Of a stretch of 64,000 bases of DNA, positions 9,453 through 19,448 are shown in pieces. The DNA comes from a virus. Taxonomy: Duplodnaviria; Caudoviricetes. Each line of letters opens with the position of its first letter. Positions within the stretch are counted from its first letter, which is position 1. The stretch is taken from the IMG/VR virus record IMGVR_UViG_2974555739_000001, positions 16,149-80,148 of that record. One strand, written 5' to 3'. A program made the translations under genes and the position numbers. The notes beneath the pieces were generated by a model. It was not told the DNA's origin. It was given only the letters and a program-made list of their open reading frames with translations, and searched no databases.

Positions 9453-10160
9453 ATGCTCACTTTAGTACATGAAGATATTTGCGTTTATTTGGATTATATG
9501 ATTTCGCAAAGTCTACAGAAGACAGGTAAAAATTTATCCTTCATAAATGATTCTATTGAAGGTATAGCTAATTTGGGCCGCTTTGAAATTGAAGTGGTTC
9601 AAGGTTCTTTTGCGAGATTCACAATTAAGATCGAAACACAAACAATCACTTTCAATACTCCTTTAGTTGTTGGTGACAAATTAAGCATTGATTTAGATAA
9701 AAACATCTTTAAAAAGAACGGATCGATGATCTTCACTGATGCTATTTTAACATTAGAAGATAACTCTTACGTTAATATCAATGTTGATTTTGTAGGTGAC
9801 GGTACTGCTGCTGTAACTTACTTCTATAAGTATTATGAAAAAAGAACAGATGATTTAATGTTTGTCGATAGTTTATCTTACGACAAAAGTATCGAATACT
9901 CAAGTAGAACAAACATCCGAAATGAAAAGAAGATCGTCGGTAATAAAAAAGAAACATTCAGTTTTTCTTTAAGTCTTATTTGGAATGAGGATCAAGCTGA
10001 ATTGATCGATGACGAATTCCGTTTACGTCTGATTGATGAAGAAGGATTTCCAATCGAAACAATGGCTGGATGTATAATCACTTCTGAACGAAAAGGTTCT
10101 TCTTCTAATGGTGGAGATTTCACTTACGAAATTTCAGGAAGTTTCGAAAAAATTTATTAA
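9453..10160 (+). CDS. Tail component whose C-terminal ~110 aa resemble the major tail tube protein
   Basis: Visual alignment: DSLSYDKS/DSFSFNEN, ETFSFSLSLIW/EYTFDISQLY, ISGSFEKIY/ASGSYSKRF. Confidence 0.5.
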   Translation: MLTLVHEDICVYLDYMISQSLQKTGKNLSFINDSIEGIANLGRFEIEVVQGSFARFTIKIETQTITFNTPLVVGDKLSIDLDKNIFKKNGSMIFTDAILTLEDNSYVNINVDFVGDGTAAVTYFYKYYEKRTDDLMFVDSLSYDKSIEYSSRTNIRNEKKIVGNKKETFSFSLSLIWNEDQAELIDDEFRLRLIDEEGFPIETMAGCIITSERKGSSSNGGDFTYEISGSFEKIY

Positions 10161-10232
10161 AGAAATGAGAAATGCGTTCAAAACCCTTGTATTAATGGAT
10201 GCAGAACGGAAAAGTTCAATATTTTTTAATTA

Positions 10233-10706
10233 ATGGAGGGTTTTGGAATGGCAAAGGTTAACAAGTTCTCAAGTAAGGTAAGTAAATTAAAACGTACAGG
10301 TAAGGTACACTTTAACACTGATGAAGGTGAAGTGTTGGAATTCGTGGTTGAATCACGTAAAAGTGAAGCTATCGATGAAATTAATGGACAATATGATGCT
10401 CTTAAACCAAAAGTGCCGACTAAGAAATTACCAGCTCGTAACGGTTTTAAAGTGGTTGAGCAGCATGACGATCCTGAATATAAAAAAGCTTTAGGTGTTA
10501 TTCAACGTAAGAACTTAGCTCATTTAGCTTTACTGTTCTTAGCTGAAGACGAACGCCCTGAAGGAGAAATCGAAGAACAAGTTCAGCAAATTATTGACAT
10601 TGAACTTGCTGGATTCATCGGAAAAATCGTTAACAAAGGTCTTGAGATTTCAGGTCTAGGCGGCGAAGATGATGAAGAAGAGTTCGAAGAAGTAAAAAAC
10701 GACTAG
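10233..10706 (+). CDS. Tail assembly chaperone (gpG-like)
   Basis: 157 aa ending in slippery A-AAA-AAC two codons before the stop. Confidence 0.7.
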   Translation: MEGFGMAKVNKFSSKVSKLKRTGKVHFNTDEGEVLEFVVESRKSEAIDEINGQYDALKPKVPTKKLPARNGFKVVEQHDDPEYKKALGVIQRKNLAHLALLFLAEDERPEGEIEEQVQQIIDIELAGFIGKIVNKGLEISGLGGEDDEEEFEEVKND

Positions 10707-10897
10707 TAGTAGGAGGGAAATTGAAGAATGGCGTTTACGAAGATTACATTTGGTTAGATATTTGTGAACGTTATGGATTAAATCCTATCACTGAATTCGA
10801 TCCCCTACCTGATGACATAAAAATAATGATGAAAGCCAAATGGATGATTGACCAGGAACATAATTCAGAAATGGCTAAGAAGCAAAGTGAGGGGTAG
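10694..10897 (+). CDS. -1 frameshift extension of the tail chaperone (gpGT-like), or TTG-started gene at 10721
   Basis: The -1 frame is open from 10694 to TAG at 10895-10897 (KKRLVVGGKLKNGVYEDYIWLDICERYGLNP...). Confidence 0.65.
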   Translation, partial: KKRLVVGGKLKNGVYEDYIWLDICERYGLNPITEFDPLPDDIKIMMKAKWMIDQEHNSEMAKKQSEG

Positions 10898-10941
10898 GGC
10901 TTATGTCTTACCTCTCATTTTTATTTATGGGAGGTGTTTTT

Positions 10942-11388
10942 ATGAGTCTAAGAAGAAAGAAATCAACTGTACAGCTGTTCAGGGATGACATCAAACAAAA
11001 CATTGAACGCGAAGGATCGAACGTTGTATTTGAATGGACTGAAGTAACAGGTGCTACTTGGAATGAAACCTATGAAGTGTGGGAGGGTGGAACAGAAACC
11101 AAACAATTCTACCACGAACGCGGAATAGGTAAGATTGTTGATTATAAAGAAGACATCATGGAAGAAGAATTTGCACGTTTTAATGTTGGTGAGTGCATTG
11201 TTCGTTTCCCTTATGATTCACCTATCTTCGATGTTTTAACAGGAAAGTCAGATGTTACATTCATTTACCAGGGCCAACGATTCAAAATCGATTCTCCAAT
11301 GTATACAGGTGATATGATCGACAATTCCTTTTACGCTTTAACTGTTCGCGGTGTGAAAGATTACGATGGAGCTGTTAAACGTGATTAG
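10942..11388 (+). CDS. Head closure/neck protein
   Basis: ORF track 10903..11388; GGAGGTG RBS supports ATG at 10942; beta-rich. Confidence 0.5.
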   Translation: MSLRRKKSTVQLFRDDIKQNIEREGSNVVFEWTEVTGATWNETYEVWEGGTETKQFYHERGIGKIVDYKEDIMEEEFARFNVGECIVRFPYDSPIFDVLTGKSDVTFIYQGQRFKIDSPMYTGDMIDNSFYALTVRGVKDYDGAVKRD

Positions 11389-11857
11389 AATGAAGCTTGA
11401 TACGAAAGCGACTGAAAATCTAGTCCAAAAATTAAAGCTGCTACAAAAAGAAATTCTTCAAGAAACAAACAGTGTTGTTAATGACTTAGATCGTAACTTA
11501 GCCGAAACGTACGAACGATCTGTAGACGAATTAGTTTATGACCAATACTCTCCTGAAAAATACCAACGAACACTTCATTTACGTGGTGCTCATGGAGCTT
11601 TACAAAGAGACATTCAATTAGTTGGTTATAAAAAGAATTACACATTTAAGATTGATGGAAGTAGTCGTGATCCGGTGGATGGTCAGTCATGGGATACAAA
11701 AGCTTACAATGTTGAGCACGGAACAACTGAAATGAGTGTAGGATTCAATCGTCCATTCATTGCACCTACTCAACAGAAGTTAGAATTCGAAACTGAACGA
11801 TTACGAAAGTATTACATTGAACGTATTCGCGGTTTTATAAGAAAGGCGGCTAAATGA
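11366..11857 (+). CDS. Neck/tail completion protein (HK97 gp10-like)
   Basis: Y.RT..L...YNVEHGT...RPFIAP motifs typical of gp10-like proteins. Confidence 0.6.
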   Translation: MELLNVIRMKLDTKATENLVQKLKLLQKEILQETNSVVNDLDRNLAETYERSVDELVYDQYSPEKYQRTLHLRGAHGALQRDIQLVGYKKNYTFKIDGSSRDPVDGQSWDTKAYNVEHGTTEMSVGFNRPFIAPTQQKLEFETERLRKYYIERIRGFIRKAAK

Positions 11858-12315
11858 TGGTATTCGATCAAGAAAAATATATCGAAAGTGTCAAAGGGAT
11901 TATCATTGCTTATATCAAGAAAGCCTTTCCTGAACACAAAGTCATAACCGCTTTCCCTGATGTCGAAGGAACTAATTTAGATTTAAGTGTTCCTATGATA
12001 TACGTCGAATTCGAACGTGAATCGAATATTGAAAGACGTAGGGGGAAATGGGTAGGAGCTGACAGTTATCAACGAAGAGTAACCGTTGTTTATTCTATCC
12101 AGGTTTTTACAAGTGGTGACGGAAAAGGAGTGTTAGCTAGGGATCGTACTATTCAGAAATTGAAAGTCGATATACCTAGAAATGAAAGAGTTTTCGCTGG
12201 TCAGGGCTTACGTAAAGTTGATATGCGTTTCATGGGATCGTATCGATTAAGGGAACGTATTCATCTAGCAAGAATGGAAGTCTTTACACAAGTAACAATG
12301 ACAACAATAATGTAA
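11854..12315 (+). CDS. Tail terminator protein
   Basis: 153 aa with P.IYVEF and YSIQVFT strands; adjacent to the tape measure gene. Confidence 0.55.
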   Translation: MMVFDQEKYIESVKGIIIAYIKKAFPEHKVITAFPDVEGTNLDLSVPMIYVEFERESNIERRRGKWVGADSYQRRVTVVYSIQVFTSGDGKGVLARDRTIQKLKVDIPRNERVFAGQGLRKVDMRFMGSYRLRERIHLARMEVFTQVTMTTIM

Positions 12316-12330
12316 AGGTTGGTGGAATAG

Positions 12331-15300
12331 GTGTCGGATCAAATTAAAATCAGCTTCCAGGTAGACGGTGAGGAGCTTAAACAAATAACACAAGCTATGA
12401 ATATTTTGGACAAGTTCAACAAACAAGCAAAAACTGTTGTTGATGGTTTAAATGGCATGGGTACTTCAATGAATGGTGTTGGTCAATCCGCTAAGAACCA
12501 AAAAAATTCCATTGAAAATTTAGATGCTGCAATGCAATCATGGTCAAATAAGATCAAAGGTCAACAAAAAGAAATGTTGCAACATTCACAAACAGCTAAA
12601 CGAATGGCTAATACTTTAAATCAATTAGGTTCTGATGCTAAAGTGACTGCTGATTCTGCTGGACGTTTATCTGCAACTTTTAAAGATATGAATGGAAACA
12701 CTGTTAGAATGTCCGGTACTGTTCAACAATTGAATAGCCAAATTGGACAAATGAAAACAACTATCACCGCTACTTCTTCTGCTGTAACTGATTCTAACAA
12801 ACGTCTTGCAGCAATGAATAAAGAACAACAACAGTTAGCTAAAGCTATGGCTGATGGACGTTCTAAATTCGAAAATCAATCCAAAGCTGTAAGTAAATTA
12901 GCTCAAGATTACGATAAGCTCCACACTGGAACTCGTGATTTATCTAAAGTTTTAGCTGATAACAAAGGTAAGTTCGACGTTTATACTAACTCATTACAAA
13001 AGAATAGTCAAATTATGAAAGCTTCAATTGATGCTCACGGAAAGTTCTCTCAAACGTTGAAGAACGAAAAAGGTGAGTTAACGACTATTTCAGGTTATTA
13101 CGACAAGAACAATCAACGGATCACTGAATACAATCGTAGCATTGTTAAATCTGCTGATGCAATGGGTAGAGCTAGTAAATCAGCTAATCGTTATCAAGCT
13201 GAATTGATGGGCCTTAACAAGCAAGCGAAAAGTTTCGGTGAGTCACTAGAACATTCAGCTACTAAAATGGTTGAGTGGGGCGCTGCTGGTGCTGTTGTAT
13301 TTGGTATCCAGGATGCTTTTAGAGGTCTAGGTGCAACTATCCTAGAAGTAGATTCACAAATGACTCAATTACGCCGTGTACTTGACGATGATGTTGATAT
13401 GGGTAAATTGTTTGATGGTGCTGTTCGTAATGCAAGTTTGTTAGGTATTAAGTTAACAGACATCAATGAAGCAATGATTGAGTTCGGAAGACAAGGTTTC
13501 GATGATAGTCAGATCGAAAAATTAACAAAAGCAACAGGTATGATGAAGAACGTAGCTGATATGGATATGGGTATGGCTTCTGAAAACATGACCGCTTTCC
13601 TTGCTACATTCCGTCGAAGTGTTGATGACACAATGGAATATGTTGACAAATTGAACGAAGTTGATAACAAGTACGCTGTCAGTGTTGACCAGCTATCTAA
13701 CTCCATTCGTAAGGCCGGTGGTACTGCAAATGCTTTCGGTGTTTCTATGGATATGGTAATCGGTTATACAACAGCTATCGGTGAAGCGACTCGTGAAAGT
13801 GGTCAACAAATCGGTAACGCATTAAAAACAATTTTCTCTCGTGTAACAACATTAGGCGGCGCTGAAAAAGTTTTAAATGCTGTTGGTATCGCTGTTAAAG
13901 ATCAGGCCGGTGAAGCTCGTAAAGCTGAAGATATTTTCGGTGATCTACACAAAGTATGGGGCGATTTAACAAATGCTGAAAGACAGAACATCGCGTTAAA
14001 AGTCGCTGGAACGCATCAAGTAAACAGATTTTTGGTTATGATGCAGAACTATGATAAAGCTTTAAAATCGGCTAAAACAGCTGAAAATTCATGGGGATCA
14101 GCTCAACGTGAAAATGCTAAGTACATGGAATCATTACAAGCTAAATTGAACAACTTATGGTCTTCATTACAATTAGCTGCTGTAGCTGCTGGTGATGCAG
14201 GATTAACTAAAGCGTTCAAGGTGCTTATTGAAACAGCTAATACATTAGTTCAAGGTGTGTTAGGAATGGGTAAAGCAATGGGAGATTTTGCATTATTATT
14301 ACCTGTTGTTGCCACTGGAATAGGCTTATTCACATTCAATCTTATGAAAGTTAAAGCTAATGCTGATCTTGCTGTAATCAGTTTGAATACTGTTGGTACT
14401 GCTACACAACAAATGGCCCTTAAAATGGGAGCTTCTACAACTGCTGCAACTGTTCTAGGTGGTGCTGTTGGACGTATTACCGGTGGTATTAGAGCAATGA
14501 CAATCGCTTTAGCAACAAACCCATTCACAATTTTACTAGCTGCTGCTTCTACAATTGCTTACTTTGTAGGTCAATCTAAACAGATGGACGATCAACTTAA
14601 ATCTATGCAAAATGGATTTAAAGATTCTACAAAAGAATTCAAAGCGTTCCAGGAAGCTATTGCTAATAAATCTGTTGATGAATATTCTGTTAACAAATAT
14701 AAAACTCAAGTAGATATGTTAAAAGATTCTACAGTCCTTTTAAATGGCGTTATGAAGGATGGAGTTAAAGTATATGAGCAACAGAATAACAGTATGGTTG
14801 CAATGAAGGCCGGTACTGAAACAATGGGTATGAGTCAGGCCCAAATGAAAAAGCACTATGCAGAAACAACACTAGCTCGTAAAGCCCTTTCCGAAGAAGA
14901 AATGACATCATTATCAACATTAGGCATTTCAATCAAGAAGAACACAACTTTAGCTGATGTTGTTAATCAAGTTAAGAATCGTCAAATCGATGTTAAGGGT
15001 GCTGTAAAAGATGCTGGTGAAGCAATGAAGAAAGCTGATAAAGAAGCTATCACTCCTGCCATTGAACAATATGGTGATCTGAACGATCAATTAGATAAAA
15101 ATGCTTCGTTAATGGAAAATGCTATTGGTTTCACTAACAAGTATATCAAATCGATCAAAGAACAGATTGGTGTAGTTGAATTATTATCAGGTCAAGAAAA
15201 TTTAAGTAAGCAACAAAAAGACCTCCTAGAAATGTCTACTCGTAACTTAACTGAAGCTTTTGGAGATCAAAATGATACTACTCAAGAAGTAATCAAAAAA

Positions 15301-18300
15301 GCTAAAGGTCAAGTTAAGAGCATGGATGAATTGATGGAGCTTTCAGGTAAACTAGCTGATGGTACTGCTACTAATGAAGAGAAAAAACGTGCTCAATATC
15401 TTCTTACACAACAGGCAACATACGAAAATACTCGTGTGGCCCAACAAGAAGCAAACAAAGTAGCTAAAGCGAAACAACAAGAAGCTAAAGAGCATAACTA
15501 TACAGCTGGTCAAGCATTCCAGGCTAGTATTAAAACGAATAAAGCTTCTTCTAGTATTTCATCTACGACTACTCAAAAGATGGGTATTGTCAGAGGTGAG
15601 TTAAATACAACTGGAACTAAACACGCTGAACATGCTAAATCAGCTCAAGATTCATCTAAGAAAGTACAATTAGCTGGTAGTGAAATGTTCAAAGCTTCTA
15701 AACGAGATTTCAGTAAAACACGAGATCAAGTTGACCAAACAAAGAAAGAATACAACAAGTTAGAAGATGAAGCTAAAAACATTCCTAAAGGTATCGCTAA
15801 AGGTATCATTAATGCTATCGCTGATCCTGAAAAAGCTATTGCTAAATTAGCTGAAAGTCTTGTTAAGAAATTTAAAAAGGCTTTAGGAATCAAGTCACCT
15901 TCTAGGGTATTTATGGCTTTAGGTGGACACGTTATCGACGGTTTAGTAAATGGTTTAGATGTTGATAACTTGAAATCATTAGGTCAGAACGCATTTAAAG
16001 ATTTCGCTGATGGAGCTTTCAACTCAATGGATCAGATTAAAATGTTCCTAAGTGGTGGCGGCCCTGGAAACTTTAAGAATCCTGGTGGCGGTGGAGCTGG
16101 TTGGAGATCGATGATTTATGCTGCTGCTGCTCAAATGGGTCAATCGGTCAGTGAATCAGAGGTAAATGGAATAATTGCCCAAATAAATAGGGAATCCGGA
16201 GGAAACCAAAACATCACTCAAAGTAGTGCTGTATGGGACGTTAATACTGCTGCTGGAAACCCAGCTAGAGGACTTTTGCAGTATATTCCTCAAACATTTA
16301 ATGCGTATAAAGTCCCAGGATATAATTCTATCTACAACGGATATCACCAACTTTTGGCCTTCTTTAATAACAAAACTTGGAGACGTGATTTGCCCTATGG
16401 ACGAAGAGGATGGGGGCCAAGGGGCGGTACATTCTTTGCAAACGGCGGTATAACAGGCTCTATCTATCAACAGGCCGAAAGTAACGGATTTGTGCCAAAT
16501 GGAGGATTTATCAATAAACCTCATTTTGTAGATGGTGGACGTGGTATTGCAGGTGAAGCAGGAGCAGAAGCTATCATTCCTTTGTCTAACATGCGTAGAA
16601 GTCGTGCTTTAGACCTATATTCACAAGTTGGAAATATCTTAGGAGTTCACGCTTATGCTAATGGTGGAGTAACTAAGAAGACAACAACGAAAGCTAAACA
16701 ACCTCCTGCTGCTTGGTATACTGTTCAATCAGGTAATACTTTAGCTGGTATTGCTAAGTTGTTCGGAACTTCAGTTAAGTATTTACAAAGCATTAACAAA
16801 GGTTTAGCTAAGACATCTAAGGATAAAAAACTTACAGAAAACATGAAAGTATCCGTTAAAGGTTTAATTACTAATGATGGTTCTTATCGTGCAAATGACC
16901 TTCTTGATCCACAACGTAAGAAAGCCGGTTATGTTCAAGCTGAAAATGGTAGTTGGGTAAAGAAAACAGCAACGAAAGCTCCTGCTAAGAAACCAACAAC
17001 ACCAGCTAAACCACCAGCAAAAACATACGCAACTAAATACGGTCATGTAACAGCTATTGAAGGCGATTATAGCGAAATGATGTCAACAATCGGATACTTG
17101 CAAAATAACGGTATCTATAACGATTCTCAAGCATTATACGCTATGAAGTCTCAAGTTCGTCCTCAAACTAGAGGAACGCAAGATCGTCGTGCTTACAATG
17201 ATGCTCAAATCGATATTATTTCTAAAATGGATAACGTTAAGAAAGCTTCAGAATGGTTCAGAAGCGCTAACCTTTTCTTATCAGGTGACGATTGGAAGAA
17301 AGCGTACAATCAAACTATGGAAATGGTTAAGGCTAATGCAGAAGCAAAAGCTCAAGCTGAAAATGATTCTAAGTTAGCTAACCGTCAAGCGACTTTATCT
17401 CGTGAGCAAACACTTGGATTAGCAACAGCTTCTCGTACTTCATCTTACCTACGTGGAAACATTCGCGCTTACTCTAAGACTGATGAACAGAAGTTAGCAT
17501 ACAACACGGCTCAAATGGACGTATTTAAAGGAATGGAAAACCTTAAAACGTTTGGTCAATGGTTCGATCAAGCTAAGTTGTTCGGTACTGCTGCTGAAAT
17601 CAAACAAATCAAGGAAAACTTAACTGAAATCGTTCGAGATAATGCAATCGCTGGTGTTACAAATGCTACTAATGCATGGTTTGACACTTTCAGTAAACGT
17701 ACTCCTGAAGTCATCAAGAACCTGGAAAGAACAGTAAATACGATTGATTCAATCAAAACAGCTCAAGAAGATGCAGTATTGAATAGCAAGATTGATTCTT
17801 ATATTGCTGATCGTCAAGCTGCTTTAGGTTTTGATAACCGTACTGACATTGAGAAAAAGCAATCGAAAATGGATTCTGTTAAGAGTCAAATCGATGCAGC
17901 TATTCAGCAAAACGCTGAACTCAAATTCAAAACTGATTCTTCAGACATTGATGCTAGATTGAAACAACTACAAGCTGATAAGGATAAGTTGAATCAAGGG
18001 ATGAAAGAAACAAGTGCTTACGGAAAATCGAAAGGTTTATCTGATAAGGACATCAATGATTCTCTTCAACTTTACAAAGATCAACTTGCAGCTATTCAAG
18101 AAGAAACAACTAAGCTGATCCAGCAGAAGAAAGATTCTGTTGATATGTTCAACGCGAACGAAACAGCTATTGGTTCTTTAACTGAAGAATATAAGAAATT
18201 AGAACGTGAAATGCAAGAAACGCAACGTCAAGCTGATATCCTTCAGAAGATCAAAGATAAAGTTAATTCTATTTTTGATTGGGATACAAGTAATGTGCTG

Positions 18301-19080
18301 ACTGAAAAAACTGACCAATTCGGAAACACGGTGCGTGATATCGAAGGTAACGTTCAGAAAGTCCTAGACATTCAGAAAGCTATCCAGGATATCACAGCTG
18401 ATATTTACAGCAATATTGGAAACACTGTTGATGAAATGGTGACTGAAATCATTTCTTCTCAACTACCTTCTATCGGTGATTTAATGGGTAGTGACAATGA
18501 TTACGGTGCGATTTCTTCAGGCATTAACGGTGCGATTGATTCAGTTAAGCCAACGTGGGATGCAACACTTTCTTACATGGCCCAATCGACTTCTCAAATG
18601 TTCAGTTCTCAAAATTGGCAAGCTGTTTCTCAAGGATGGATTCAAAGCATGGGTTCTACTATTCAATCTCTTCAACCGCTGTTTGAACAGATGATGGTAA
18701 CGATGCCTGAAACTATGGGTAAAATGTTCGAAAACTTACCTTCGCTTGTATCTACTGCAATGCAGAACATTACAACAGGTATTTTCAACACTGTTATTCA
18801 AATCCTTAACCAAATGGTTGCAACGGTTAATCAGATCGTTCCTGCTGCTCAACGTATTCCTGCTTTTGAGTCAATGCAATATGCGACTCCAACGTATACG
18901 CAAAATAACGACAATAGCTCTACAGAAGAGAAGAAAGTGTACTCTGCTGATACTAATGTAGTTAGAAATGTAACGTATGTTGTTCAAGCTGGTGTAGTTG
19001 TTGGAACGCAAAGTGAAATGAAAGAATTCGCTATGATGATTAAAGAATTGATTGATGAAGAAGAAGGACGTGGTAATTAA
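12331..19080 (+). CDS. Tape measure protein with lytic transglycosylase (SLT-like) and LysM domains
   Basis: 2249 aa helical protein; tape-measure core (EVDSQMTQLRRV...); RESGGN...GLLQYIP..F motif at ~16180-16310; YTVQSGNTLAGIAKLFGTSV LysM at ~16715-16800. Confidence 0.9.
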   Translation: MSDQIKISFQVDGEELKQITQAMNILDKFNKQAKTVVDGLNGMGTSMNGVGQSAKNQKNSIENLDAAMQSWSNKIKGQQKEMLQHSQTAKRMANTLNQLGSDAKVTADSAGRLSATFKDMNGNTVRMSGTVQQLNSQIGQMKTTITATSSAVTDSNKRLAAMNKEQQQLAKAMADGRSKFENQSKAVSKLAQDYDKLHTGTRDLSKVLADNKGKFDVYTNSLQKNSQIMKASIDAHGKFSQTLKNEKGELTTISGYYDKNNQRITEYNRSIVKSADAMGRASKSANRYQAELMGLNKQAKSFGESLEHSATKMVEWGAAGAVVFGIQDAFRGLGATILEVDSQMTQLRRVLDDDVDMGKLFDGAVRNASLLGIKLTDINEAMIEFGRQGFDDSQIEKLTKATGMMKNVADMDMGMASENMTAFLATFRRSVDDTMEYVDKLNEVDNKYAVSVDQLSNSIRKAGGTANAFGVSMDMVIGYTTAIGEATRESGQQIGNALKTIFSRVTTLGGAEKVLNAVGIAVKDQAGEARKAEDIFGDLHKVWGDLTNAERQNIALKVAGTHQVNRFLVMMQNYDKALKSAKTAENSWGSAQRENAKYMESLQAKLNNLWSSLQLAAVAAGDAGLTKAFKVLIETANTLVQGVLGMGKAMGDFALLLPVVATGIGLFTFNLMKVKANADLAVISLNTVGTATQQMALKMGASTTAATVLGGAVGRITGGIRAMTIALATNPFTILLAAASTIAYFVGQSKQMDDQLKSMQNGFKDSTKEFKAFQEAIANKSVDEYSVNKYKTQVDMLKDSTVLLNGVMKDGVKVYEQQNNSMVAMKAGTETMGMSQAQMKKHYAETTLARKALSEEEMTSLSTLGISIKKNTTLADVVNQVKNRQIDVKGAVKDAGEAMKKADKEAITPAIEQYGDLNDQLDKNASLMENAIGFTNKYIKSIKEQIGVVELLSGQENLSKQQKDLLEMSTRNLTEAFGDQNDTTQEVIKKAKGQVKSMDELMELSGKLADGTATNEEKKRAQYLLTQQATYENTRVAQQEANKVAKAKQQEAKEHNYTAGQAFQASIKTNKASSSISSTTTQKMGIVRGELNTTGTKHAEHAKSAQDSSKKVQLAGSEMFKASKRDFSKTRDQVDQTKKEYNKLEDEAKNIPKGIAKGIINAIADPEKAIAKLAESLVKKFKKALGIKSPSRVFMALGGHVIDGLVNGLDVDNLKSLGQNAFKDFADGAFNSMDQIKMFLSGGGPGNFKNPGGGGAGWRSMIYAAAAQMGQSVSESEVNGIIAQINRESGGNQNITQSSAVWDVNTAAGNPARGLLQYIPQTFNAYKVPGYNSIYNGYHQLLAFFNNKTWRRDLPYGRRGWGPRGGTFFANGGITGSIYQQAESNGFVPNGGFINKPHFVDGGRGIAGEAGAEAIIPLSNMRRSRALDLYSQVGNILGVHAYANGGVTKKTTTKAKQPPAAWYTVQSGNTLAGIAKLFGTSVKYLQSINKGLAKTSKDKKLTENMKVSVKGLITNDGSYRANDLLDPQRKKAGYVQAENGSWVKKTATKAPAKKPTTPAKPPAKTYATKYGHVTAIEGDYSEMMSTIGYLQNNGIYNDSQALYAMKSQVRPQTRGTQDRRAYNDAQIDIISKMDNVKKASEWFRSANLFLSGDDWKKAYNQTMEMVKANAEAKAQAENDSKLANRQATLSREQTLGLATASRTSSYLRGNIRAYSKTDEQKLAYNTAQMDVFKGMENLKTFGQWFDQAKLFGTAAEIKQIKENLTEIVRDNAIAGVTNATNAWFDTFSKRTPEVIKNLERTVNTIDSIKTAQEDAVLNSKIDSYIADRQAALGFDNRTDIEKKQSKMDSVKSQIDAAIQQNAELKFKTDSSDIDARLKQLQADKDKLNQGMKETSAYGKSKGLSDKDINDSLQLYKDQLAAIQEETTKLIQQKKDSVDMFNANETAIGSLTEEYKKLEREMQETQRQADILQKIKDKVNSIFDWDTSNVLTEKTDQFGNTVRDIEGNVQKVLDIQKAIQDITADIYSNIGNTVDEMVTEIISSQLPSIGDLMGSDNDYGAISSGINGAIDSVKPTWDATLSYMAQSTSQMFSSQNWQAVSQGWIQSMGSTIQSLQPLFEQMMVTMPETMGKMFENLPSLVSTAMQNITTGIFNTVIQILNQMVATVNQIVPAAQRIPAFESMQYATPTYTQNNDNSSTEEKKVYSADTNVVRNVTYVVQAGVVVGTQSEMKEFAMMIKELIDEEEGRGN

Positions 19081-19445
19081 TGGATCAATTTAGATTAGGA
19101 GTCAAAGGAGAGGGCTATGCCTTCTTCCTTCCTGATTCTTATAACAAAGACACAAAAGTAATCGGTGGACAAATGCGTAGATCAATTAGCGGTAAAGCTA
19201 AAAGGGATATCATCACCACTAAGAAAGTATTTTCGCTTGGATTTACATTTTTATCAGCTGATGAAACTGCTGCTATTTACGAACAGTTCTTAAAAAATAT
19301 CGAAGATGGTAAAAACTTAACCTTTGCTGATGATGAAGGTGTAGAATATACCGTGATGTTTGCTAATGACAGTTTCGGAATTAGTGATAGACAAGCTGCT
19401 GATGAAGTTTTTTGGTCAGGGAATATTAACTTGGAAGAGGTGTAA
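19080..19445 (+). CDS. Distal tail protein (Dit/gpM-like)
   Basis: 121 aa directly after the tape measure gene. Confidence 0.55.
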   Translation: MDQFRLGVKGEGYAFFLPDSYNKDTKVIGGQMRRSISGKAKRDIITTKKVFSLGFTFLSADETAAIYEQFLKNIEDGKNLTFADDEGVEYTVMFANDSFGISDRQAADEVFWSGNINLEEV

Positions 19446-19448
19446 GGA

